IMG/VR virus record: IMGVR_UViG_3300022555_000009
Origin: a virus
DNA length: 64,000 nt
Strand: one strand, 5' to 3'
Made by a program: the position numbers and the translations under genes. This document shows positions 29,088-38,887 of this stretch, one piece after another (the first letter of the stretch is position 1; each line of letters begins with the position of its first letter). The notes beneath the pieces are model-generated. The model was not told where the DNA came from, searched no databases, and was given only the letters and a program-made list of their open reading frames with translations.

Positions 29088-29090
29088 ATA

Positions 29091-31205
29091 ATGAAGCAAT
29101 TTGATCAAGCCAGCATTCAAACCAGACTTGAAACCTTTCTTAAAGCACAGCCCGGATTTGCCCAGGTACTGAAGGACTCTGCAGTAGAAAGTGTTCTTTA
29201 CTCCGTATCGGAGTCCGAGGCAGAACTAGCCCGTTACTTTGAGTACCTTTTTCAAGAATCGAAGTGGGAAACCGCTCAGAATGTATCCTCACTTATTTCT
29301 GCAGGTAAATTCCTAGGATACTCTCCTAAACGTCAGATAAGTGCTATGGGAAATATTTATATATCCCATGATTCCTTATTGAGCCAAGCGGGAACCTCTC
29401 TCATATTTGATTCTTCTGATCTTGCAAATGCAGGCTTATCTTCTTACCCCAATACAAGCTTTCTTATTCCCGCTCTAACAGCCGTAGTGTCATCCACAGG
29501 AATCCAATTCGTAACAATGTCTGACACCACGTATTATGGGCCAAATGACTTGTCTGGAAACGCAGCCTCAAAGTACGTAGAAGTACCAGTCATACAAGGT
29601 ATCATACGAACTTTCAGGACCACATCTGGAGCAACTAGCACTGCATTTGAATCTATTAAGATTCCTAATCCCGGGATCGAGGCCGCATACACTTCCCTAT
29701 CATCTCCGTTTTTTCAGGTGACCATATATCCCTCAGGAAACTCCAATCTAAATTATGCCTTGACCGAAGCTGCTGGAGATGTGGTCAGATACTCTGATAT
29801 TAGACTGGCATCCGAAACAGAGTATGCCTACGACATTACTACCTTAGACGATTACTCCGGAGTCATTATTCGATTCGGCGACGGGAATTCTGGTAGACTT
29901 CTGCCTCCAGGAGCTCTAGTAGCTGTTCGCTACTTGGAAACTTTAGGAACTAGTGGAAATCTTAATCAGAGATACTCCACAACGAGATTCGTAGTGCCCC
30001 TCTCCTCCACTCAAACTTTCTATGTTACCAATCTAGATCCTATTTTAGGTGGATTAGGTAATGAGGGCATTGAAGAAATAAGAGTCAACGCTCCTAACGA
30101 GTATCTCATAGGTGGAAGCGTCATTACTACTGCTGACTACAAAGCCACCTTGAAACAAATTCCTAATATCCTAAAATCAAATGCTTACGCAGGAGATTAT
30201 ACGGGGTCTGATAGTATAACTAGAAGAGTTATCTACTTGACAGCTTTGGATTCCACACAGAATATTCCAGACGCAGCTACGTTAAATCAGAATATTTTAA
30301 ATATTATTCTCGATAATAAATCTCCTTTGGATTTACTACAAGTTATAGACCCCAGTATCATAGAGTTAAAGCTACAAGCCAAAATAACATCTTCTGCTGA
30401 TCAAGCATCCTTTTCTAATTTAGCAACAACTTTGGAAACAAGCACACTTAATTCCTTCGGAGTTCCTGCCTTTGATTTCACAAAGAGCTTCTATTCCTCT
30501 GATTTTATTACCTTGTTGAAGAACAATAAGACAGTACAGCAAGTATCACCCCTCCTCGAATCCGTTATAAATATCAAACCCAGTACCTTCCTTTCATCAG
30601 GAACTCACCCAGGATACTACTTCACTAACTTCACTTTTAATCCTATTCTGAGTCCTTTGTTAGATTTAAGTGGAACACGAAGCGACGGATACTGTTTAAA
30701 AATTAATATAATCTTTAATTGCGTAGCCTGCGAAGGTAGTAGTAGAACTTTAATGGTTAGACAGGATCCGCTGCATCCTGGAGTTCCCATAGATATGCAA
30801 GCTTATTCTGCAGGAACTCATGGAGGACTCGTCCTTAAACAGTACGCGCACATCTCAAGTATAACAGACCAGAGTTTCATAACAAATTCAATTGACACTT
30901 CAATAGTCCCTGAAATATTGTCATCTGCAGGCGCAACATACATTCCATTCCTTCTAGACTTTACTTACTCCAATTTATCTAATTCTAGTAACTTAGGGCA
31001 TGGAACTTTATACATTCCTCTCTACAAGAGCGACGGCACTTTGTATGCCGGCTTCACTTCTTTAGATTCTGTAACCTTGGATGAAACCATAACAGTGGAA
31101 ATCATAGCTCAGCCAAGCTCAGCAAATATTACGCCTCAGAATGAAAATGAATTTATAAAAGTAGGAACAAATGACGTTAGCGTTGAGGTGTATACAACAC
31201 TATGA
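29091..31205 (+). CDS. Baseplate wedge protein (gp6/J-like)
   Basis: TAQN..S....LGY.P; IRFGDG..G..P; GG...EGIEEIR.NAP; IT..DY. Confidence 0.85.
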   Translation: MKQFDQASIQTRLETFLKAQPGFAQVLKDSAVESVLYSVSESEAELARYFEYLFQESKWETAQNVSSLISAGKFLGYSPKRQISAMGNIYISHDSLLSQAGTSLIFDSSDLANAGLSSYPNTSFLIPALTAVVSSTGIQFVTMSDTTYYGPNDLSGNAASKYVEVPVIQGIIRTFRTTSGATSTAFESIKIPNPGIEAAYTSLSSPFFQVTIYPSGNSNLNYALTEAAGDVVRYSDIRLASETEYAYDITTLDDYSGVIIRFGDGNSGRLLPPGALVAVRYLETLGTSGNLNQRYSTTRFVVPLSSTQTFYVTNLDPILGGLGNEGIEEIRVNAPNEYLIGGSVITTADYKATLKQIPNILKSNAYAGDYTGSDSITRRVIYLTALDSTQNIPDAATLNQNILNIILDNKSPLDLLQVIDPSIIELKLQAKITSSADQASFSNLATTLETSTLNSFGVPAFDFTKSFYSSDFITLLKNNKTVQQVSPLLESVINIKPSTFLSSGTHPGYYFTNFTFNPILSPLLDLSGTRSDGYCLKINIIFNCVACEGSSRTLMVRQDPLHPGVPIDMQAYSAGTHGGLVLKQYAHISSITDQSFITNSIDTSIVPEILSSAGATYIPFLLDFTYSNLSNSSNLGHGTLYIPLYKSDGTLYAGFTSLDSVTLDETITVEIIAQPSSANITPQNENEFIKVGTNDVSVEVYTTL

Positions 31206-34200
31206 GTAATTACGTTTGGTTAGAACCTAATAGTCTTTACGTCCCTGTAATCTCCGGTAGCGTTAATATTGCTAACACGTCTAGCATTGCCTGGACCCTA
31301 ACTCTTACTATGGCCAACGCAACTGTTTATAATTTAGGCATTGCTGCTGCCTCTACTGGAGCCGGTATTGTATCTCAAATAAATAGCGCTCTAAGTGGAG
31401 CTTTATTAAATAAGTATATTGCGGCCTCTCTTACTGCAACAACTAATCATTTAACTTTTACAGGGACTACCTTAGGTTTAGTAGATAGTATTTATGGCTA
31501 TGACCCGGTGACTACAATATCCACTGGTATAACTTTAACGGGAACAAACTTAAGTGCTTTGATGGATAATACTCCTGGTCCGTGGTTGTTATATGGTATT
31601 GCTACAGCTACGGATATAGAATTGTACTCCGTAGATGTCGTGGATGATAACACAAGGAACTTTACGACAGGCTTCGAATTCTACCCCACTATAAAAGGAC
31701 CCGTCGAGAATCTGCACTCAATAATGCAAACTACGTTTTATAAACAATTGATGGATTCTTTTAGAGAAGAATATCAGACATTCATAGATTATGTTCAACA
31801 ATTGGGATCTTTATTTAAATTAGAGAACTTCCTGGGCGACTTAAATGAATTCAATTCTCGAACAGGAAATATATCAAATTATATGGCTTTCGAAGTTCCG
31901 CTAGCTTTAAAAAATTACTTCCTTGATATAACTAGAGGTAATAATTGGGTAAGAGGTATCTTAGAATCTTTAGGCAAGCAAAGACAATGGGCCGGAAGTT
32001 CTTTAGCATACAGAATGCTACCGCATCTTCTTTTTAAGAGAGGATCTTATTTCTTAAAGTCAGTATATCCTACGGTAGCAGGATCATTGTATAGTGGTCA
32101 ATCCTTCAAATATATTAATGGCGGAACGATTCCTAGAATTCTGCCTGGCACAGTGGACTCCATATACCCTACAAGCTCTACTATCTTTGGATGGCAAGAT
32201 TTTAACATACTGCCTCCTAGTTATTATAAGTTCGATACGTTACATAAATTTGATGAGTGGGTAAATCCACCTACGAATACTGTTCATAGTAAATTCGATA
32301 CTGGTTTACCTATTCTCGACGCCGGCAAAGGACTTTTGGTTGAGTTAACTTTGGACGAAATTTTAACGCACTATAATACTATAGCCACACATAGTTGTCT
32401 GATGGATTTACCTTGGTTAACTACGCTCGGTAACTTGACAGAAACTGTTGCCAGAGCCTCTGATAGAATATCCATAGGATCTCAGTTGAATCTCGTAGCA
32501 TTAAACACAGGTTACTACAATCAAGCTGGCGATAATGCAACTTATACTCACCCCAATATTCAGGCTAACTTTAGACAATTTAGAAGCAACTACTCTCCTT
32601 CAAGCGCTTCGTATGTAAAAGTAGGTACGGGAACTCTCAGTTCCCCTACCCAGTATTCCTCTACATTGAAAGATAATTCAAGCCAGGGGAATAACGGAAC
32701 TTTAGTGGGGATGTCATCTGCTTCTATAGTGCCCAGAGGAGCCAATGCCTGCCTATATAGCCCAGGAGGGAAAAAAGTTACGTTGCCTGCTGCTCTCAAT
32801 AGAACCACGGCTTCTGCCTGGTCCGTGAGTATTTGGTTAAAAACAAACGCTTTAGGAAGCTTGCAATTCTTTCTCGGAGGAGCAGGAGACGGGTCTCATG
32901 GGGCTCTCTTAATAGATGCCTCCGGAGTTTTAAAATTCAGAGCAACAGGGGGAACTTACGCAACTCTCGGACCTCCAGTCACGGCACTGACCTGGAATCA
33001 TGTTGTTGTGAATTGCGATGCAGCCGGGAATATGACGGGGTATTTAAATGGGACGCTTGGATCTACAGTCGCCGTAGGGACTACTGATACGATATTTACT
33101 ACACTATTTCAAGGATACCTCAGCGGCACACTATATGAATTCATAGGATACTTAGACGAATTTAGATTATACAACAGAGTTCTGACATCCGCTGAGATAA
33201 CTTCTCTGTATGCTATGTCTGACTTTACTTCGTCCGGAAATGGTCTCTTGGCGTGGTACTCAATGGATTTTGTCCCCACTGATATTGCAGCTCCAAAATT
33301 GAAGGCGGGTGTCGGCTCCTATGATACCTTTATAAACGGCCAGTTCTTAGGGATAACACCAGTAGTACATTCATTACAGTCAACTTTAGCCATAACATCC
33401 CCTGTAACTTTGAATCCCAATTATTTCATAGGAGATAAAACCACAACTCCTCCTCAGACTACTATAGATCTCAATGGAAAAAATTTGTCCCCAGGCACAC
33501 TGTCAGCAACTATAACCTTCAGCACGGGAACTACAACTCCAGGAAATATTATACCTCGAAGACTGGTGGTAGGAGAGAAACTCAACGTAGCTTTAAGCTT
33601 ATATGATCCTGTGATATCTTTATACGCTCAAACAGTTCCTCTTGTATCGGTGGCTTGGTCCTCTCCAACTGTATACAATGTTGGCGACGAAGTAGTATAT
33701 TCTCCCACAGGAGTTTACTATACCTGCCTCATATACCATACATCCGGAACCTTTGCAACAGATTTGACAACTCACAAGTACTGGACAGAGTCTACCTGGT
33801 GGCCAACTCCATTTAGAAATTTCACGGATTATATCCAGACAACTGCTGATTATACCTTACCTACAGAAAATTATATGCCATATATCTCTGGAGCAGGTCT
33901 AGATTTTCTTACGCTCTCAGGTAAATATGACTCTAATGGAAATAATCCGGTTGTGTACTTAGATAGAGCAAACGGTCTTTTGTATCTATCAATGCGTATC
34001 AGTTCTGACGGCGCTTTTCAAAATTTCGTCGCTATAGGTGGACCTAATTACGGAGACACATATCAATATAACGCCTCATTTTCATACTATTTAAATAGCA
34101 ATAATAAAGGACAACATGTGGCTTTGACTGAGATCGGCCTATTTGATGTAAATGACAACATGATGGCTTACGGAACCTTTCCACCTATCATATATGATTC

Positions 34201-34243
34201 TTATGTAAATCATTTATCCACGAATTTATTCTTGCAGATGTAA
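31202..34243 (+). CDS. Baseplate/tail-fibre attachment protein with LamG-like and carbohydrate-binding inserts
   Basis: LamG (WSVSIW...WNHVVV...YLNG...F.GYLDEFRLYNRVLTSAEI); W....VYNVGDEV...YTC..HTS; C-terminal TEIGLFD..D.MMAY..FPPI. Confidence 0.7.
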   Translation: MSNYVWLEPNSLYVPVISGSVNIANTSSIAWTLTLTMANATVYNLGIAAASTGAGIVSQINSALSGALLNKYIAASLTATTNHLTFTGTTLGLVDSIYGYDPVTTISTGITLTGTNLSALMDNTPGPWLLYGIATATDIELYSVDVVDDNTRNFTTGFEFYPTIKGPVENLHSIMQTTFYKQLMDSFREEYQTFIDYVQQLGSLFKLENFLGDLNEFNSRTGNISNYMAFEVPLALKNYFLDITRGNNWVRGILESLGKQRQWAGSSLAYRMLPHLLFKRGSYFLKSVYPTVAGSLYSGQSFKYINGGTIPRILPGTVDSIYPTSSTIFGWQDFNILPPSYYKFDTLHKFDEWVNPPTNTVHSKFDTGLPILDAGKGLLVELTLDEILTHYNTIATHSCLMDLPWLTTLGNLTETVARASDRISIGSQLNLVALNTGYYNQAGDNATYTHPNIQANFRQFRSNYSPSSASYVKVGTGTLSSPTQYSSTLKDNSSQGNNGTLVGMSSASIVPRGANACLYSPGGKKVTLPAALNRTTASAWSVSIWLKTNALGSLQFFLGGAGDGSHGALLIDASGVLKFRATGGTYATLGPPVTALTWNHVVVNCDAAGNMTGYLNGTLGSTVAVGTTDTIFTTLFQGYLSGTLYEFIGYLDEFRLYNRVLTSAEITSLYAMSDFTSSGNGLLAWYSMDFVPTDIAAPKLKAGVGSYDTFINGQFLGITPVVHSLQSTLAITSPVTLNPNYFIGDKTTTPPQTTIDLNGKNLSPGTLSATITFSTGTTTPGNIIPRRLVVGEKLNVALSLYDPVISLYAQTVPLVSVAWSSPTVYNVGDEVVYSPTGVYYTCLIYHTSGTFATDLTTHKYWTESTWWPTPFRNFTDYIQTTADYTLPTENYMPYISGAGLDFLTLSGKYDSNGNNPVVYLDRANGLLYLSMRISSDGAFQNFVAIGGPNYGDTYQYNASFSYYLNSNNKGQHVALTEIGLFDVNDNMMAYGTFPPIIYDSYVNHLSTNLFLQM

Positions 34244-34253
34244 AGGAACAAAG

Positions 34254-35894
34254 ATGCCCACATATACAACTAATCTAGGCTCTCAGCAAGTAACCATATC
34301 ATACCAGGAAGACATCACCGCTATAAATGCAAACCAATTATTCTTGGGTATGTCCCCGAAGGCAGATTCCTCTGGGCTTCCAAAATCTTTTGTACCAGCC
34401 TCAAGTATATCTGTGACAGTAGATACATCTAATATTAATGTCAGTATAAATGCTGGAACGACAATGATGTTCTTTAATACTGTCTCCTCCCAGCCCTTCT
34501 TGACAAAAGTATATCTCAATTCAACGGCCACTTTAACTTTATCTAAAACCAATTATCTAGGTCAAGGCCCAATGAATATTTCGTCGGCAATAAATATTCT
34601 TGCCGACTGGGGATACTCCTCGGTTGATTCTACTGCCCATTATGCGGGATTCAGTGCTGTAGATGATGCTACAGCCGTGACAAGCATTTTAGCCGGCCAA
34701 GTTCTTCTCGGTAGATTTTTGAATCAAGGCGCTATGGTAGCAGACTATGTGGCGAATGGAATATCAAGCACATTAAATGTTTACCGAGCAGACTATTCAA
34801 CAGTTGTCGGATTAAATACAGTAACTAATTCTAATGTTTCCCTACAGAATCTAAGGCCAGAGTTCAGAGGCGACGGAGCCGGGATTAATTTAACAGCCGG
34901 TAATCTCTGGATATCAGATACTGTATGCTATTGGGCAGCAACAGGCAATCAGAGTTACGCTACTTTAATACCCCCTCCTCCAAAACTGGGAGGAGCTGGA
35001 ACTTACCAAGTAGACTTACTCAGACTTTACCTGGATGAAACTTCCAGTACTTACTTTACCGCTGGGTGGTCTTCAAACGTAATTACCACAGGGAATACTT
35101 GGAACTTTGATTCTATGAATTTCTCTAGGGACGCTCTCATGTCATTTCTGAGCGGACAAGAGTTGAGTACATCCATAAGATATGGAATGATAGGAATAAC
35201 ACAATTCTCTGCTGTCGGTACAGCAATAACTGCAACCTCTGCCGCAGGATCAACATATACAGTAGGTGACTCTATTATATTGTCAGGATTCGTAGGCACA
35301 GAGCAGATCAAGCTTAATGGGCTATCTACGACTATTACTGCTGTCGGTACAGGAACATTTTCATTCGTAGCTGGATCTTCTCTGGCAACTAATACATACA
35401 CAACAGGAATGGGTGGATGCCTAAGATTGATGTCGGGTGGTACTATAGGAATAACTAATTACACCGTTTCTTCCACGGGAATCACAGTAACTGCTAATAC
35501 TCCTTCTAATGAAGTATCAGTAGGAGATGTAATTACTATATCAGGAGCAGTGGGAACAGAGCAGGCCAAACTAAATGGCGTATGGTCCGTAACCGCTACC
35601 GGAACTAATACTTTCACCTTCTTAGTTAATACTCAGGTGACCTCAGGAACCTACAACTCTGCTTTAGGTACTTGTGTTAAATCAGTTCCTCTTGTTTCTG
35701 GGCCAGGGTATACTGTTCTCGTCGAAGTGAGATCGTGTAACAGTAACCCGGGCTCGGGTGATTACTTCATACCTGGAGTATGGCCTCAGAATACTTATGC
35801 CCCTGAAACTTTTACGCCCCGCATAGGGGAAGTAGAGCGATTAGCTAAATTCAAACTGCCAGCATACGCCGGCATCACTACACAAGGAGCATAA
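34254..35894 (+). CDS. Baseplate/fibre protein with two tandem beta-barrel repeats
   Basis: Two ~78-aa repeats (VGD.I.ISG..GTEQ.KLNG...T..GT.TF.F). Confidence 0.6.
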   Translation: MPTYTTNLGSQQVTISYQEDITAINANQLFLGMSPKADSSGLPKSFVPASSISVTVDTSNINVSINAGTTMMFFNTVSSQPFLTKVYLNSTATLTLSKTNYLGQGPMNISSAINILADWGYSSVDSTAHYAGFSAVDDATAVTSILAGQVLLGRFLNQGAMVADYVANGISSTLNVYRADYSTVVGLNTVTNSNVSLQNLRPEFRGDGAGINLTAGNLWISDTVCYWAATGNQSYATLIPPPPKLGGAGTYQVDLLRLYLDETSSTYFTAGWSSNVITTGNTWNFDSMNFSRDALMSFLSGQELSTSIRYGMIGITQFSAVGTAITATSAAGSTYTVGDSIILSGFVGTEQIKLNGLSTTITAVGTGTFSFVAGSSLATNTYTTGMGGCLRLMSGGTIGITNYTVSSTGITVTANTPSNEVSVGDVITISGAVGTEQAKLNGVWSVTATGTNTFTFLVNTQVTSGTYNSALGTCVKSVPLVSGPGYTVLVEVRSCNSNPGSGDYFIPGVWPQNTYAPETFTPRIGEVERLAKFKLPAYAGITTQGA

Positions 35895-35900
35895 TTAATC

Positions 35901-36833
35901 ATGTCAAACCCCACTCCGATATGGAAATATACTTGGAACACGTCAGGATATGAGCCCGTAGCTGTAACTCTCAATACCCTAAACAATCAGATATCTGATG
36001 TTATAAAACTACCTCACTCCTTTTTTAAACAAGAAGGTTTCCAGGCATCGTACTTAACATCAGAGGGATTTTATGCTCCTTTGTCAGTGGGAGTGGAGGA
36101 TTCTTTATCTAGAGTAGATATTCTTTTATTCGGATTAGAGTCGGAATTATCTAGACTAGCGGGAGCCCAGATTTATTCTCGAATAAAACTTAATTCTCCT
36201 TTAGCTATAAACGCTAGCTTACAGATTTCCGTAGTGTATGTAGCAGACGCATTTGATCCCGCTGAATTTAATCAATCTCTAAACCAAGAAGCGAACGTTA
36301 CTCATAAATCATTAACGGTATCTGACAGAATTATGACTTCGGAAATGGTAGCCGATAGTGCAGAGGTAGACGAATTTATCGGAAGCTTCGGGAAAATAAA
36401 CGCCACAGAGATTAATTTCATAAGTGGTAAGGCCTCTTTCGCAGGAGCACAGTTCTCGGAAGAAGGATGTTCAATACCAGGTTCTAAGTGGTCTTTTGGT
36501 ACCATTAATTTACGAGCCAATCAGTACGGAAGATTGACAGTCGAAGACCCTAATAATCATATATTTAAACCTTACGTTACTCTAGAGGAGATGAAAGACA
36601 CTTCGTATATTCCTGTCGTTACAGCCAATAATCCTACTTCTTTGGCAGACAGTGGATTCATGTCGGTGGACTTGGATAATAAAAGAATATATGTAAACTC
36701 TATGCAAGTTAATCAAATTGTGTTGAGCGACGGAACATCTGGAATAGAGTTTACTAAAGCTTTACTAGTATCTCTTTTGGATAGAATAGCTTCTTTAGAA
36801 CAGAAAGTCTTAGCTCTAGAGTCTAAGCAATAA
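35901..36833 (+). CDS. Putative short tail fibre / structural protein
   Basis: Tail operon; C-terminal coiled coil. Confidence 0.45.
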   Translation: MSNPTPIWKYTWNTSGYEPVAVTLNTLNNQISDVIKLPHSFFKQEGFQASYLTSEGFYAPLSVGVEDSLSRVDILLFGLESELSRLAGAQIYSRIKLNSPLAINASLQISVVYVADAFDPAEFNQSLNQEANVTHKSLTVSDRIMTSEMVADSAEVDEFIGSFGKINATEINFISGKASFAGAQFSEEGCSIPGSKWSFGTINLRANQYGRLTVEDPNNHIFKPYVTLEEMKDTSYIPVVTANNPTSLADSGFMSVDLDNKRIYVNSMQVNQIVLSDGTSGIEFTKALLVSLLDRIASLEQKVLALESKQ

Positions 36834-36846
36834 AAAAGGATAGCGT

Positions 36847-38868
36847 ATGAGCTTATTATACTCCGACTTAAAAGTCCCAACATCCGCCTACAATCTAGAT
36901 ACTCCTACCACCTTAACCATAAGTGGTACTACAGTATCCAGAGCCACTATGGCAGGCACTGTAGCTTCTACTCCCCCTTTAACAGGGCAACAAATACACG
37001 ATAACTTTTTAGTTGTTGCCTATGGAGTCAAGGCCGTAGAAACTCGAGCCACTGCCTTGGAAGCTTTGGGGCAAGTAACAGGGGCGGCTGCAACTGGATA
37101 TTTAAAGTATAATGGCTTAGTGGATCTCGATGGAGCTATGTTCGGGGGATCTCCTTGGTCAGTCACAGGTTCAGTCGCTATAACTGGGGGCGCTCTTACT
37201 GTAGCTTCTGCTTTAAGTACCCAAGTTCAAGTGAACGGAGGTACTGTACTTGCCACCTTATACTTGCCTGCAGCTACGTACTCAAGTACGGCAAACTATA
37301 TTTCTAGTATATGGCTCAAAGGATCCTCAGTAAGCGTGACGGACGCCAATACCTTTACGATGACAGGAACTGTAAACTTATCTGGCGTAACAAAGACGGC
37401 CGGCTGGACTTTTACTGTATCTGTGAACGGCGGCGTTGCTACTACAGTGACTGTTACACTTTCGTCAGGCAGTGGAGCTACTAATATTGCCTCGGATATT
37501 CAATCGGCTATCACCGCCGCAGGAGCTGGAGTTAGTTCCTATCTATCGTGCGCTGCTTCAACAAACTTTATTAAGTTTACCGGTGCTGGAGGGGCGTATA
37601 CAGTATCTATAGCGGGTACTGGAACTATACAAACAGTTATCAATGGAATAGCCGGGCCTTGGAACCTCTGGGACTTATCCTCTAGAATAACATTCTCAAA
37701 TCCCTCAGCGAATTATGTGGCGATAAGCGGTTATGCTACGGTATCCTCTAACTTCATATTCACCAAGCCTGGCTCTAATGATTTGATGACAGCAATAGGT
37801 ACTGTGGCTGGAATGGGATTCGTAGGAAATGTCACGCCGACAATTTATCATACTGTGAGGCTTGTTTCCTCCTCCACGAATCTAAACTTCAAAGCTAACT
37901 TATACGCGCCTTCGATAACTACGAATACGCTAACAATATCTTCTTTGGCTATTACAGGCGGTCTCGCAGTAACCGGAAACGTTGTAGTAACAGGCGCAAT
38001 ATCTGCTACAACGGATATATCCGCTTCAGGCAACGTAACTGTAGGAGCATCTGTTTCTACTACTACACAGGTAACAGGATTATTTAAAGTCAAGTACCCC
38101 GGTTTCAACAATATTATTTCTGCAGACGCTTCTGGAAACTTAATTGTCGTAGATATATACGCAGCAGCAACGTATGGTTCCTTTATTGTTCAGCCTGGTT
38201 ACTGGGGAGCCTTACCTTCATTATCTGTAGACGCTGCCGGAACTTTGAATGTTGGAAGCATAGGTGGGGTACCTGCAATGACAGTAAATGGTGCTGGATT
38301 ACTGAAGACTAAAAATATTCAAGTCTTATCAGCTACTCCCTTAGCGGGAACTTCTTGCTTATTTCTCGCCACATCATACGCTGGTGCGGGATGGGCCGGG
38401 AGCTCTGATATCTTAGGATACTCTGGAGGTATTAAAGCAAATACCTTAGCTTCTGTATCTAACGCAACCTTCGGGGGCGTAACTACTCTTGGCGGTGGTT
38501 TAGTAGCGGCTACTCTTGGCACAGCTACTACTGGCACGACTCTCATTGTTGACGGCTCAGGAAATATTAGACCAACAAGTTCTGATATTCGATTAAAGAA
38601 GAATATACAGCCTATCAATTATGGGCTGAAAGACTTATTAAATATCCGCGGAGTAACCTTTAATTGGAAAGATCCTACTGAAGGGCAGGAAACTTTAAGG
38701 AACTTGGGTTTTATTGCTCAGGAAGTTAGAGAGATATTCCCTGAAGTAGTATTCGGAGATGAAAGTAAAGAGATGCTTTCTATTAACGCTACTTACCTCA
38801 TTCCCGTCATTGTCGAGGCAATAAAAACACTAAATAATAAGATTGAAGAGCTAAAAAGCCTTCAGTAA
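36847..38868 (+). CDS. Tail fibre with C-terminal intramolecular chaperone (peptidase S74)
   Basis: G/T/A/S-rich; TSSDIRLKKNI...GFIAQEV...PEVV...LIPVIVEAIK. Confidence 0.85.
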   Translation: MSLLYSDLKVPTSAYNLDTPTTLTISGTTVSRATMAGTVASTPPLTGQQIHDNFLVVAYGVKAVETRATALEALGQVTGAAATGYLKYNGLVDLDGAMFGGSPWSVTGSVAITGGALTVASALSTQVQVNGGTVLATLYLPAATYSSTANYISSIWLKGSSVSVTDANTFTMTGTVNLSGVTKTAGWTFTVSVNGGVATTVTVTLSSGSGATNIASDIQSAITAAGAGVSSYLSCAASTNFIKFTGAGGAYTVSIAGTGTIQTVINGIAGPWNLWDLSSRITFSNPSANYVAISGYATVSSNFIFTKPGSNDLMTAIGTVAGMGFVGNVTPTIYHTVRLVSSSTNLNFKANLYAPSITTNTLTISSLAITGGLAVTGNVVVTGAISATTDISASGNVTVGASVSTTTQVTGLFKVKYPGFNNIISADASGNLIVVDIYAAATYGSFIVQPGYWGALPSLSVDAAGTLNVGSIGGVPAMTVNGAGLLKTKNIQVLSATPLAGTSCLFLATSYAGAGWAGSSDILGYSGGIKANTLASVSNATFGGVTTLGGGLVAATLGTATTGTTLIVDGSGNIRPTSSDIRLKKNIQPINYGLKDLLNIRGVTFNWKDPTEGQETLRNLGFIAQEVREIFPEVVFGDESKEMLSINATYLIPVIVEAIKTLNNKIEELKSLQ

Positions 38869-38887
38869 GTAACACATCGGAGATATA